NCBI GenBank assembly: GCA_902800255.1
Contig: CADCDV010000002.1
Span: 1 to 46,938, forward strand
Source: an uncultured Erysipelotrichaceae bacterium
Lineage (GTDB): Bacteria; Bacillota_I; Bacilli_A; RFN20; CAG-826
DNA: 46,938 bases
Reading direction: 5' to 3'
The notes below the pieces were generated by a model. It was not told where the DNA came from. It worked only from the letters and a program-made list of their open reading frames with translations, and did not search any database. Below, piece by piece: positions 22,406 through 30,774 of this stretch; within the stretch, counting starts at the first letter, position 1; every line of letters begins with the position of its first letter. The translations under genes and the position numbers were made by a program.

Positions 22406-23179
22406 TTATTCGTGTTCTTCTTCGACGATAGTGACTTCGGCGCTTTCGGTAGCCTGTTCTTCTTCAACCTTAGTCTCAGAGACTTCGGTATCGAAGACAT
22501 TCTCATCAGGTTCGGCTTCCTCTTTGTTCTTGAGGATGGCTCTGATTGTTCCAACGATCTTGAAGACCGAGGCAACGATAAGGGCAAGTCCGACGATGAC
22601 GAGCATGATGCTCATGACAATCTCGCTGTTATTGGTGAAGAGGATGATGACGGTGATGCCTGCTCCAACAAGAAGCGCGCCAAGAATGATTTCAAGGATA
22701 GGCATATAAAGCTTGTAAAGCTTGGTGATGATGAATCCGATTGCGAAGGCGATAAGGGAAACGCCAGCGGCCATAAGAAGGACGGCAACGAGCCAGACGA
22801 TGAAATTCATGATGATTTCGATGATCGCGGCAGGATTGCTTCCGGTCATGGAGACACAAAGAGCAACACCAATCGCGAGCTCAATGGTTCCGCCAATGAC
22901 TAAATCATAGGAAAGCTGTGAACGTATGACTTGCTTGGCCATGGCTTCAAGAGGAGAAGAAGCGATGACAGGCAAGAAGTTGGCAACGATCTTAAGAAGA
23001 CCGCCGACCATAAGGAAGATCGAGATGACGATGAAGACGCTTGCCTGGATGTCAGCGTTTGCGCAGTTGGCGATGACAAGGATACCCATCGTCAAAAGCA
23101 AAGCGGCTTCAATAAAATTCCAGATGGACCAGATAAGGCCACCTTTCTTCATATTTAAAGGTTTCTTTTCTTTGCTCAT
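22406..23179 (-). CDS. Multi-pass membrane protein, possibly HdeD/DUF308-like, with an acidic C-terminal tail
   Basis: 257 aa with about 6-7 hydrophobic helices of repeating G/I/L/A-rich type, and a tail EEAEPDENVFDTEVSETKVEEEQATESAEVTIVEEEHE. The family call rests only on resemblance. Confidence 0.55.
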   Translation of the reverse strand: MSKEKKPLNMKKGGLIWSIWNFIEAALLLTMGILVIANCANADIQASVFIVISIFLMVGGLLKIVANFLPVIASSPLEAMAKQVIRSQLSYDLVIGGTIELAIGVALCVSMTGSNPAAIIEIIMNFIVWLVAVLLMAAGVSLIAFAIGFIITKLYKLYMPILEIILGALLVGAGITVIILFTNNSEIVMSIMLVIVGLALIVASVFKIVGTIRAILKNKEEAEPDENVFDTEVSETKVEEEQATESAEVTIVEEEHE

Positions 23180-23267
23180 ATGAACCCTCCTGATTGGTCC
23201 ATCTCATTTTAATGAGGGGCACCTCTCTTCTCAACAGAATAAAAGAAAAAGGCAAGTATCAACTTGC

Positions 23268-24836
23268 CTATGGACGCCACCAGTGACCCCATCCGCCAGG
23301 GCCCCAACCATCGTCACACCAGCCTTCGCCATGTGACCAAATGCCTGGGTCTACTTTACTGACATCAGGGAAGTAACCTGTTGATTTCTGAGCGGATTCA
23401 GCGTGCTTCGAAACACTCATAAGGAAGTTGTTGTAATCCTCTTCGGTTTCGGTCGCCTTTGCCAAGATGTAATTACGGACGTCTCTATATGCGTCTTTGA
23501 GCATCGGATTCTCATCCATCATGAATTTGTTGAGGTCTGAGACATAGATGGCTCCACTTTCATCGGTAAGGAAGCCAATGAGTTTCTCAATGTCTTCGGT
23601 TCCGAAATATTGCCTTAAACGCCATGCTTGAGAAATGAGTTCGTTTCTTCTGTCGATGAACTGCTGTTCGGTGAGGGAAGAAGTGATTTGTTTCTCTCCG
23701 GTTAAGCTAAGGAAGGTTTCCTTGATGCCGTCGGTAAGATGCTTGAGACCTGTCTCAGAAAGACGGGCTAAAGCAGCGGAGTTGATAGCCGCATCAAGAT
23801 TGTTGACTGTGTCTTCGTTATAATCGGCGATGACCTTTGGATCGACTTCACGGTCGAAGGTCGAATAGATTTTGGAAATCTTCGCCATCTTAAGATGGTC
23901 GCTTCTGACAAGGGTGTCGATCTTGAAGACGTTGAACTGAACGTTCGCATAAACTCTGTCTTTTTGGAGAGCGTCGTTAAGCGCATCTTTGAAGTGATCT
24001 TCATAAACATCGGCATAGTTATCGATGGTGGAAACGATGTCGATGGTGATTGTATTAGGGGATTGCTTGTCGACCGCTTCGAGATAGCCTTTCTCGTAGC
24101 AAGGGTTGATGAGATTGGCGACAGCTTGGTAGGCCGATTTCTCAAGAAGGTTATCGCTGCTGATGGCCACAAGGTTTGCACTGTAGTTGTTGGCCATGAC
24201 CTCGGTAACGACATTCTGCTTATCGGCCGCAATGCCCCAAGCAGGTTTGTAGTTGTTCGCCTGGGCTTCGCTAGTTCCTTCGTATCCTCTCATCGGAGGT
24301 TGAGCCTCGTAAGTGGAAGGGGTGATTGAAACGTTGATATAAGAGCTTGCGGCATTTCCGATTGCGCGGTTGTTGAAGTAAGCGCTTGTGCCGATGCTGA
24401 TGCCAGCGATTGCAGCGGCGCCCGCTCCGACGAAAGCCCAGTTCTTCTTCATGAATCTAGCGAAGGAGAAATGTTCTTTTAGGCCGGTTTTGCCATAAAT
24501 TTCGCGTTTTTTGTTAGGAACGAAAGCGTTTGCCTCACGTCTCATGCGACGGGTCAAAACCTTTTCGTCTTTCCTCATTTCAGGAGCAACGCCTGTTGCT
24601 TTCTCTACGGCCGCTTTGTCATTTGGAACGAAGGAATTCTCTTTGAGCATTCCAAGAACGAATGCCTCATCCTCTTCGGTAGCCTCGCTTTCGATGCCAC
24701 AGGCTTTGAGGACACTGAGCAATTTGTCCGGAACGAAAGAAGAGGCCTCGGCCTTGATTGAAGAAAGGATTTCCTTCTCCTCAGCTGGAGAAAGTTCCTC
24801 AGGCGTTTTCGTAACCAAGTTCGTGTTCTCTTTCAT
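23268..24836 (-). CDS. Putative anti-sigma factor: single-pass membrane protein with a large extracytoplasmic domain
   Basis: 522 aa. Overlaps the 3' end of the sigma gene by 38 nt. About 130 aa are cytoplasmic, followed by a TM (WAFVGAGAAAIAGISIGTSAYF) and about 365 aa outside. No ZAS (HxxxCxxC) motif. The call rests on position. Confidence 0.55.
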   Translation of the reverse strand: MKENTNLVTKTPEELSPAEEKEILSSIKAEASSFVPDKLLSVLKACGIESEATEEDEAFVLGMLKENSFVPNDKAAVEKATGVAPEMRKDEKVLTRRMRREANAFVPNKKREIYGKTGLKEHFSFARFMKKNWAFVGAGAAAIAGISIGTSAYFNNRAIGNAASSYINVSITPSTYEAQPPMRGYEGTSEAQANNYKPAWGIAADKQNVVTEVMANNYSANLVAISSDNLLEKSAYQAVANLINPCYEKGYLEAVDKQSPNTITIDIVSTIDNYADVYEDHFKDALNDALQKDRVYANVQFNVFKIDTLVRSDHLKMAKISKIYSTFDREVDPKVIADYNEDTVNNLDAAINSAALARLSETGLKHLTDGIKETFLSLTGEKQITSSLTEQQFIDRRNELISQAWRLRQYFGTEDIEKLIGFLTDESGAIYVSDLNKFMMDENPMLKDAYRDVRNYILAKATETEEDYNNFLMSVSKHAESAQKSTGYFPDVSKVDPGIWSHGEGWCDDGWGPGGWGHWWRP

Positions 24837-25374
24837 ATTCTGTTCTGGATTCTTCGAGGGCCGCTTTGACCTTCTTAAGCGCCATGGAGTATTTCCAAGT
24901 GACGGTTCCTAAAGGAAGATGGAGGATCTCGGCGATTTCGCGATGCTTGTAGTCGCCGATTGCATAGAGCATAAGGATGTTGAATTCGTCTTCGGCTAAA
25001 ACCTTGTTGGCAATCGCGATGGTTGGGGACTCGATGTCGCCAAGATAATAAACTCCGTTAGCGGATGGCTCTTGGGCGAAATCGTAAGAGACTTCGCGGT
25101 TCCTTTTCTTGAGCTCGCTAAGTGCGGCGTTCTTCGCAATCGTCAAAAGCCAGTTCCTTGCGCTGGTGCCAAGACGATAGGACTGGATATTGTCATAGCA
25201 GCTTACATAGGTCTGCTGCATGACGTCTTCGGCTAATTGGTAATCATGCAAAATAGGCAAAACAAAGGTGAAAACACCTTTGCTCGTTAAGACATAAATG
25301 TCTCCTAGAGCATTGCTGTCGCCTTTTTGAAGGGCGGTCATCGCTTTTTCAAGCTTTTGCTCATCGATAGCCAT
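24799..25374 (-). CDS. RNA polymerase sigma-70 family (ECF-type) sigma factor
   Basis: 191 aa. Region 2 (AEDVMQQTYVSCYDNIQSY....ARNWLLTIAKNAALSELKKR) and region 4 HTH (REIAEILHLPLGTVTWKYSMALKKVK). Confidence 0.85.
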   Translation of the reverse strand: MAIDEQKLEKAMTALQKGDSNALGDIYVLTSKGVFTFVLPILHDYQLAEDVMQQTYVSCYDNIQSYRLGTSARNWLLTIAKNAALSELKKRNREVSYDFAQEPSANGVYYLGDIESPTIAIANKVLAEDEFNILMLYAIGDYKHREIAEILHLPLGTVTWKYSMALKKVKAALEESRTEYEREHELGYENA

Positions 25375-25414
25375 AAGTTTTCCTATTCTAGGTGCATTTT
25401 AAACTCAAATGCCG

Positions 25415-25444
25415 ATTATAGAAACAAAAGGAATATCCACTCAA
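25415..25444 (-). promoter_or_regulatory. Possible sigma-A type promoter for the sigma/anti-sigma pair (TTGAGT-18-TATAAT)
   Basis: On the minus strand, TTGAGT (25444-25439) and TATAAT (25420-25415) lie about 40 nt before the sigma ATG. Confidence 0.35.
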
Positions 25445-25525
25445 CAAGGGGGCTCTAGTAGATATTCCAAATCCGGAAGGTGGATTCACCCTATTAATAG
25501 GAGTGGTTCTGTTTTTATTGGAAAA

Positions 25526-25840
25526 CTAATTGTTTTCCTTTAAACCAACCAAATTTCTGAGGTCGACTCTGGTGCCTCCAACCACCAAAAACATGAACGT
25601 TTTGCTGATCTCGGAAATGATGCCGATGATCTTGTGGATGTAGCCGTTCTCGTAATAGGACACTTCGATATTTTGGCCATGGTAAGAGGCAAGGACATCG
25701 TTGATTCTTCTAGCCTCATCTTCCATGAGTTGCGGCTTTGGTTTCTTGCCTTTGTCATAGGCCATCTTCATAAGGAAGTCCGCTTGGGAATCAAGTGACT
25801 TATATGGTGCCCATTTCATCATGCCTCTGTCTTTTCTCAT
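25526..25840 (-). CDS. YolD-like protein (accessory partner of Y-family polymerases)
   Basis: 104 aa with the N-terminal RGMMKWAPYKSL motif typical of the YolD family. AGGAGG RBS. ATGA overlap with the polymerase gene. Confidence 0.75.
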   Translation of the reverse strand: MRKDRGMMKWAPYKSLDSQADFLMKMAYDKGKKPKPQLMEDEARRINDVLASYHGQNIEVSYYENGYIHKIIGIISEISKTFMFLVVGGTRVDLRNLVGLKENN

Positions 25841-27078
25841 CTTCTGTGTCCTCCTATCTGTTCATTTCTTCTCATCGCTGTGCTGTTTTTAAGCAAAGCG
25901 CTTGCTCGAAGCGCGCTGTTATCGCCAAACATCCTATGGATGGAGTCGAGCGCATCATTCAGTTTCGAGCGTTCTATCTGATCGTCTTGGTCTTCGAATA
26001 AAGAGAGCTGCACGGAATCCGCTTTGCCAAATGAACCGTATGAGATTCCGATGCCTCTGATCTTCACGTTGTAGGCGCTAGCGAGGAACATATCCTCAAT
26101 CGCCTCGTATAGGGTGTCCGTGTCATCTGTCTTGTATGGCAACGTCCAGCTCTTGTTGAAGGATGTTCCATCTTCGAACCCAGCGTACACAGAGACCTTG
26201 CCTGCCAAAGAGTCCTGCTCCCTTAACCTTTGAGAAAGGTCGTCATTCATCTCTCTCAAGAGGAGCAGTGCCTCGTCTGGAAAATACCCACGAATCAGGG
26301 TCTGTCCACATGAAAGAGACGTGTTTTGCGGGACATATTTGTTTTGGATGTCGCTTTCGTCGATGCCGTTTGCAAGGTCTTTGAGCTGGTCTCCCATGAT
26401 GCCGAATTCCTTTCTGAGGAGATCGATTGGGGCCAAGGCGAGTTCCTTGAGAGACCTGATTCCAATCCTTGCTAGATGGTTTGAGGTGCCGTCGCTAATG
26501 CTCCAGACCTTGGTGATCGGTTTGATCTTCCAAAGCTTCGTAGGGACATCCTCATAATCCCAGTGAGCGATATAAGGGGCTTTCTTCTTGCCCTCGTTGT
26601 CTAAGGCCGCTTTCGCTAAGAACATGTTCGGTCCGATACCTGCTGTGGCGAGGAGTCCTAGCTTGTCCCAGATGGTCTTTTGGATTCTCGCGACAAGTTC
26701 TTCGGCTGTGCAGCGATACATCTTTAAGTACGGTCCGATATTGAGGAAGGACTCATCGACTGAATAGACATGAAGGTCTTCTTCGGAGATGAAATCGAGG
26801 AAGATAGAGACGACTTTGCAAGATAATGTCAGGTAATAAGACATACGCGGGACCGCAAAAATCATCCCTGGAACATTGGGAAGGTCTTTCTTCCTGCAGA
26901 CATTGCTGCAGCCATACTTTTCCTTAAGGAAAGGGGTGACGCTCATGACGACGCTGTTCTCGCTGCGGTATGGATCCACACAGACCAAAGGCGCTTTGAA
27001 AATATCGAGGTGGCGGCAAGCGCACTCGCAAGAGGCGTAAAAACTTTTCAAGTCGATAATCGCAATGACCTTCTCCAT
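25837..27078 (-). CDS. Y-family (translesion) DNA polymerase, UmuC/UvrX/YqjW-like
   Basis: 413 aa. N-terminal IAIIDLKSFYASCE (catalytic D plus the F/Y steric gate), SVDESFLNI (catalytic DE), and a little-finger region. GGAGA RBS. Confidence 0.85.
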   Translation of the reverse strand: MEKVIAIIDLKSFYASCECACRHLDIFKAPLVCVDPYRSENSVVMSVTPFLKEKYGCSNVCRKKDLPNVPGMIFAVPRMSYYLTLSCKVVSIFLDFISEEDLHVYSVDESFLNIGPYLKMYRCTAEELVARIQKTIWDKLGLLATAGIGPNMFLAKAALDNEGKKKAPYIAHWDYEDVPTKLWKIKPITKVWSISDGTSNHLARIGIRSLKELALAPIDLLRKEFGIMGDQLKDLANGIDESDIQNKYVPQNTSLSCGQTLIRGYFPDEALLLLREMNDDLSQRLREQDSLAGKVSVYAGFEDGTSFNKSWTLPYKTDDTDTLYEAIEDMFLASAYNVKIRGIGISYGSFGKADSVQLSLFEDQDDQIERSKLNDALDSIHRMFGDNSALRASALLKNSTAMRRNEQIGGHRR

Positions 27079-27430
27079 AACTGTCTCCGAACGAGGGGAC
27101 TTAATTGAAACTGGTTTTGGGAAGAGAAAAAATACGATTTCGAAAATAAGAGGGTCCGGCTATGGATTTTTCCGCCAATCTTTACAATTCAAAAATGTGG
27201 ATATTAGACACAGTACAAAAAGTTTTACTATCCAAAGCGAACACCGAAAATCGGATTGAGAAGCAGTGGCTCAAAAATCCTTATAACCCGCCCAACGAAA
27301 AACAAAATAGTCAAAAATCCTTTGCAAAAACGTCCTCATTTTTCGATTTTTACATTTTGTTTTGGCCGAAGTTCATGAATGCCCTTTTTAATGATTGAAT
27401 GGACAAGAGTTAAACATGACTAACTTTTTC

Positions 27431-27459
27431 TTGCGTGACAGGTGCGTGAAGTATATATT
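27431..27459 (+). promoter_or_regulatory. Putative feoAB promoter (TTGCGT-17-TATATT)
   Basis: -35-like hexamer at 27431-27436 and -10 TATATT at 27454-27459, about 135 nt upstream of the feoA ATG. Confidence 0.4.
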
Positions 27460-27478
27460 GGTTAGCGATGTCTAACCA
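27459..27478 (+). promoter_or_regulatory. Inverted repeat TGGTTAG-N6-CTAACCA overlapping the -10/+1 of the feo promoter (candidate metalloregulator operator)
   Basis: Perfect 7-bp arms read directly from the sequence. The half-sites resemble GGTTAG/CTAACC of DtxR/IdeR-type boxes. Confidence 0.45.
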
Positions 27479-27501
27479 GCATCGTTTTTGGTTCTTCTGA
27501 A

Positions 27502-27520
27502 TTAGTTAGATGAACTAACC
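27502..27520 (+). promoter_or_regulatory. Second GTTAG-N5-CTAAC (TTAGTT-N5-AACTAA) inverted repeat in the feoA leader
   Basis: Perfect short inverted repeat 73 nt before the feoA ATG, sharing the GTTAG/CTAAC core with the first site. Confidence 0.4.
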
Positions 27521-27592
27521 GAAGCATAGTCGCGGCCGAAGGAAGAAGGTAACCGACATCCGTGACTCTAGTAGCATAGAAAGGAAGGAATC

Positions 27593-27826
27593 ATGCTTAA
27601 GAAACTAGACAAACTAAAAGTTGGCGAGACTGGCCAAATCAAAAAAGTAAACGGTGAAGGCCGCTTAAGAAGAAGGCTCTTTGATATGGGTGTCACCCCA
27701 GGGGCCGTAGTCACTGTTAAAAAATTCGCTCCATTAGGGGACCCAATCGAGGTTACCTTGAGGGGCTATGAACTGACCTTGCGTAAGTCCGAGGCCCACT
27801 TAATCGAATTAGAGGTGGAGGACTAA
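27593..27826 (+). CDS. feoA: Ferrous iron transport protein FeoA
   Basis: 77-aa SH3-like FeoA (RRRLFDMGVTPGAVV...GDPIEV). GGAAGGA RBS. Directly precedes feoB. Confidence 0.88.
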   Translation: MLKKLDKLKVGETGQIKKVNGEGRLRRRLFDMGVTPGAVVTVKKFAPLGDPIEVTLRGYELTLRKSEAHLIELEVED

Positions 27827-27827
27827 T

Positions 27828-30146
27828 ATGAGCAAACGTTTTGCATTAGCCGGAAATCCGAACTCCGGAAAGACCACCTTATTCAACTCTTTGACTGGAT
27901 CGACCGCCCACGTTGGTAACTGGCCTGGTGTCACCGTTGATAAAAAGGAAGGAAGCTACAAGAAGCTTGATGAAGAAATCGACATCATCGACCTTCCTGG
28001 CATCTATTCCCTTTCGCCGTACACAAGCGAGGAAGTCGTTTCGAGAAACTACATCCTTGATGAGAAACCTGATTGCATCATCAACATCGTCGATGCAACC
28101 AACATCGAAAGAAACCTTTATTTGACTACTCAGTTGCTTGAGATCGATATCCCAATGGTCGTCGCTCTCAACATGAGTGATGTCCTTCGCAAAAGGGGCG
28201 ACAGCATCAAAATCGATAAGCTTTCGAAGAGCCTAGGCGTTCCGGTCGTTGAGATTTCTGCTCTTAAAGCAGAGAACATTGATGAGCTCATGAAGGTCGC
28301 CTATGAGGCTTCAAAGCATAAAAGAGAAGGTTCAACCGTCATCGAAGACAAAGAGCTTCTTAGTCTTCTCAGCAACGTTAAAGCCGCTTTCGAGGCTCAG
28401 AATGTTGCCTATCCTTTATTCCACGCCATCAAATTGATTGAACTCGATGAACTTGAGGCAAAAGACCATAGAGACATCGCTGAGATGGTCATGGCTTTCA
28501 AAAAGTTCTATAAAAACGAAACCTTTGGTTCTGATTTCGAGGCCTTGGTTGCCGATGCTAGATATAACTACATCTGCAATCACTTCATGGGTGCTTTCGT
28601 CTCAAAGGAAAAAGCGGCAGGAATTAGTACAAAAGAAAGACAGTTAACAACTTCTGAAAAGATCGACAGGGTTTTGACCCATAGGATTTGGAGTCTTCCA
28701 ATCTTTGTCTTCATCATGTTCCTTGTCTTCCACTTCACCTTTGGTGAGGCTCTCTTCTTCATCCCTGTCCATATGGAAGGGGCGGCTGCCGACTTCTTCT
28801 CCGGCATGTCTGGCGAACCAGTTGATGGAATACCGTCGCTTGGCGTGTTCCTTCAATCTTGGTTTGGGTGGTTTACCGACTCCCTTATCATTGATAACCT
28901 CAGAAACGTTATGCCAGAGGCTTGGTACACTTCGTTCCTCCTCGATGGCGTGTTAGGTGGCGTCTCTGCGGTCTTGAGCTTCGTTCCTCAGATCATGCTC
29001 TTATTCTTCTTCATCGCTATCCTTGAAGATTCTGGATACATGGCTCGTATCGCCTTCATCCTTGACCGCGCTTTCAAAAAGTTCGGTTTATCGGGAAGAG
29101 CGTTCATCCCAATGCTCACCGGCTTTGGTTGTTCCGTTCCTGCCATCATGGCAACGAGGACCCTTGGTGACGATAGAGAAAAACGCCTCACTATCCGTTT
29201 GATGACTTGCTTCTCCTGTGGCGCAAAAGCCCCAATCTGGGCTTTCCTCGCTGGCATTGGCGCAATGATGGGAGCAGCAGGGGACATCTTCGTCTTCGCT
29301 ATCTATCTCGGTGGTATTGCCGCTGCAATCATCTTCGCTTTGTTCTTAAAGCTTTTCTCCAAAGAGCATTATGTTGCGCCGTTTGTCATGGAGCTTCCGG
29401 AATATCATCTTCCACAGGCTCGTAACGTCTTAGCCCTCCTTTGGGACAAGCTTAAGCACTATGTCGTCAAAGCCTGCACCATCATCCTTGCCTGCACCAT
29501 CATCATTTGGTTCTTCAGCAACTTCGGTTGGGACTTCTGGTATAACAATGCTTTCAACGAGTCATTGCATGATGCAACATTCAGCTTCGGCGGAGATGTC
29601 TACCCATACTTCGTTGAAGTCATGAACGAAGAAGGCGAGATGGAGCTTGCCTATAACATGGAATGGTCCATCCTTGGTACCCTTGGACAAGGACTTAAAT
29701 TCTTCTTCTATCCTCTTGGCTGCCTTGAAGGCGGTTGGACTTATGGCGCGGATGGCTGGAAGTATTCTGTCGCCACGATCACCGGCCTTATCGCTAAAGA
29801 GGATGTCGTCGCCACGATGGCGGTCCTTGGTCTTGATGAAGGCTCTGTCGCCCTCAACATTGCTGGCGCTTATAGCTTTGCGGTTTATAACCTCTTCACC
29901 ATCCCATGCTTTGCCGCTATCGGCGCTGCACACGGTGAACTCAAAGGCAAACATTTCTGGCTGACCCTCCTTTGGTGGTTTGCCATGTCATACGTCGCCG
30001 CTCTCATTGTCTACTGGATTGGTGAGGCTTATGTCTTCCAGTGGTGGCTTGGACTCATCATCACTTTGGTCCTTGCCGCTCTCATCGTCTCCTGTGGCTT
30101 CATCGTCTCAAAGAGACATAAAGAAGCACTCGCTATCGGAGCGTAA
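27828..30146 (+). CDS. feoB: Ferrous iron transporter FeoB
   Basis: 772 aa. N-terminal G domain (GNPNSGKTT, DLPG, NMSD), then a polytopic gate/permease region. Confidence 0.92.
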   Translation: MSKRFALAGNPNSGKTTLFNSLTGSTAHVGNWPGVTVDKKEGSYKKLDEEIDIIDLPGIYSLSPYTSEEVVSRNYILDEKPDCIINIVDATNIERNLYLTTQLLEIDIPMVVALNMSDVLRKRGDSIKIDKLSKSLGVPVVEISALKAENIDELMKVAYEASKHKREGSTVIEDKELLSLLSNVKAAFEAQNVAYPLFHAIKLIELDELEAKDHRDIAEMVMAFKKFYKNETFGSDFEALVADARYNYICNHFMGAFVSKEKAAGISTKERQLTTSEKIDRVLTHRIWSLPIFVFIMFLVFHFTFGEALFFIPVHMEGAAADFFSGMSGEPVDGIPSLGVFLQSWFGWFTDSLIIDNLRNVMPEAWYTSFLLDGVLGGVSAVLSFVPQIMLLFFFIAILEDSGYMARIAFILDRAFKKFGLSGRAFIPMLTGFGCSVPAIMATRTLGDDREKRLTIRLMTCFSCGAKAPIWAFLAGIGAMMGAAGDIFVFAIYLGGIAAAIIFALFLKLFSKEHYVAPFVMELPEYHLPQARNVLALLWDKLKHYVVKACTIILACTIIIWFFSNFGWDFWYNNAFNESLHDATFSFGGDVYPYFVEVMNEEGEMELAYNMEWSILGTLGQGLKFFFYPLGCLEGGWTYGADGWKYSVATITGLIAKEDVVATMAVLGLDEGSVALNIAGAYSFAVYNLFTIPCFAAIGAAHGELKGKHFWLTLLWWFAMSYVAALIVYWIGEAYVFQWWLGLIITLVLAALIVSCGFIVSKRHKEALAIGA

Positions 30147-30157
30147 GGTGAAAAACT

Positions 30158-30361
30158 ATGCAGTGGTATGAAATTCTCATCATAATTGCTGCCGTCTTGT
30201 TCGTAGTCGGAGTTTTCGTCTGGAACATCTTCCTAAAAAAGAAGACTGGGAAATCTCTTTGTTCGGATTGTTCTGGGAATTGTCCGTCTTGCTGTGGGTG
30301 TGGTTCTTGTCACAAGAAAACAAGTCTTGTCGAAGAGTATCACAAATCCTCGACCAAATAA
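30158..30361 (+). CDS. FeoB-associated Cys-rich membrane peptide
   Basis: 67 aa. One N-terminal TM, then CSDCSGNCPSCCGCGSC (8 Cys). Sits immediately downstream of feoB, as in many Firmicutes. Confidence 0.75.
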   Translation: MQWYEILIIIAAVLFVVGVFVWNIFLKKKTGKSLCSDCSGNCPSCCGCGSCHKKTSLVEEYHKSSTK

Positions 30362-30440
30362 GACGTTAATCAACTCGCATTTACGAAGGAAAAGGAGGAA
30401 ATGAAGAGACCTCCTCTTCCGATTGCGTAATACCCTCCAT

Positions 30441-30469
30441 AAAGGGCCCGAAGCTCCAAGGGCCCTTTT
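30441..30469 (+). terminator. Terminator after the feo operon
   Basis: AAAGGGCCC / GGGCCCTTT stem with a ~10-nt loop, then a T-rich tail. Confidence 0.6.
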
Positions 30470-30533
30470 CTTCTCTTAGTAAAGAAGTTTCCTTGTAAGA
30501 AATCCAATTGCTAACTATAATGTTCGAGCGGTT

Positions 30534-30609
30534 GGGGCATTAGCTCAGTTGGGAGAGCGCATCGTTCGCAACGATGAGGTCGACGGTTCGATCCCGTTAT
30601 GCTCCACCA
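30534..30609 (+). tRNA. tRNA-Ala (anticodon CGC), CCA encoded
   Basis: 76-nt cloverleaf: acceptor GGGGCAT/ATGCTCC with the G3:U70 Ala identity pair, D arm GCTC..GAGC, anticodon stem CATCG/CGATG, loop TTCGCAA, T arm GACGG TTCGATC CCGTT, then ACCA. Confidence 0.9.
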
Positions 30610-30662
30610 TTTTTATTATCAGGTGTCGTTGCCCAAAGTCACTTATTCAATGATTAAAGAAA

Positions 30663-30688
30663 CCCCCTTCCATTTCGGAGGGGGTTTT
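30663..30688. terminator. Hairpin plus T-run between the tRNA and the convergent lipoprotein gene (usable in both directions)
   Basis: CCCCCTTC / GGAGGGGG stem, then TTTT; preceded by an A-rich run. Confidence 0.65.
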
Positions 30689-30774
30689 AAATTCGAATTA
30701 TTTATAAACAGGTGGTTGATATTCTCTTTCTTCGAATTGGGACAAGTCAGGGTAGAAGACTTCGCATTCTTCGG

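Noticed and set aside
22394-22903. 169-aa Asp/Glu-rich ORF antisense to the DUF308-like membrane gene
   Set aside because: It is the antisense of a hydrophobic-helix gene (GAT/GAC-rich complement of ATC/GTC codons). It starts inside the bidirectional terminator and has no RBS.
25490-25501. 12-bp perfect palindrome CCTATTAATAGG just downstream of the yolD-like gene
   Set aside because: It is short, A/T-centred and not followed by a T-run. It could be a weak hairpin or a chance occurrence, and I cannot tie it to the sigma promoter.
27079-27420. LexA (Cheo) box upstream of the Y-family polymerase, and ORFs 27065-27259 / 27162-27398
   Set aside because: I found no CGAAC-N4-GTTCG-like palindrome by eye; CGAACGAGGGGAC and GCGAACACCGAAAATCGG are not palindromic. 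The ORFs have no RBS and low-complexity translations. A proper PWM scan could still overturn this.
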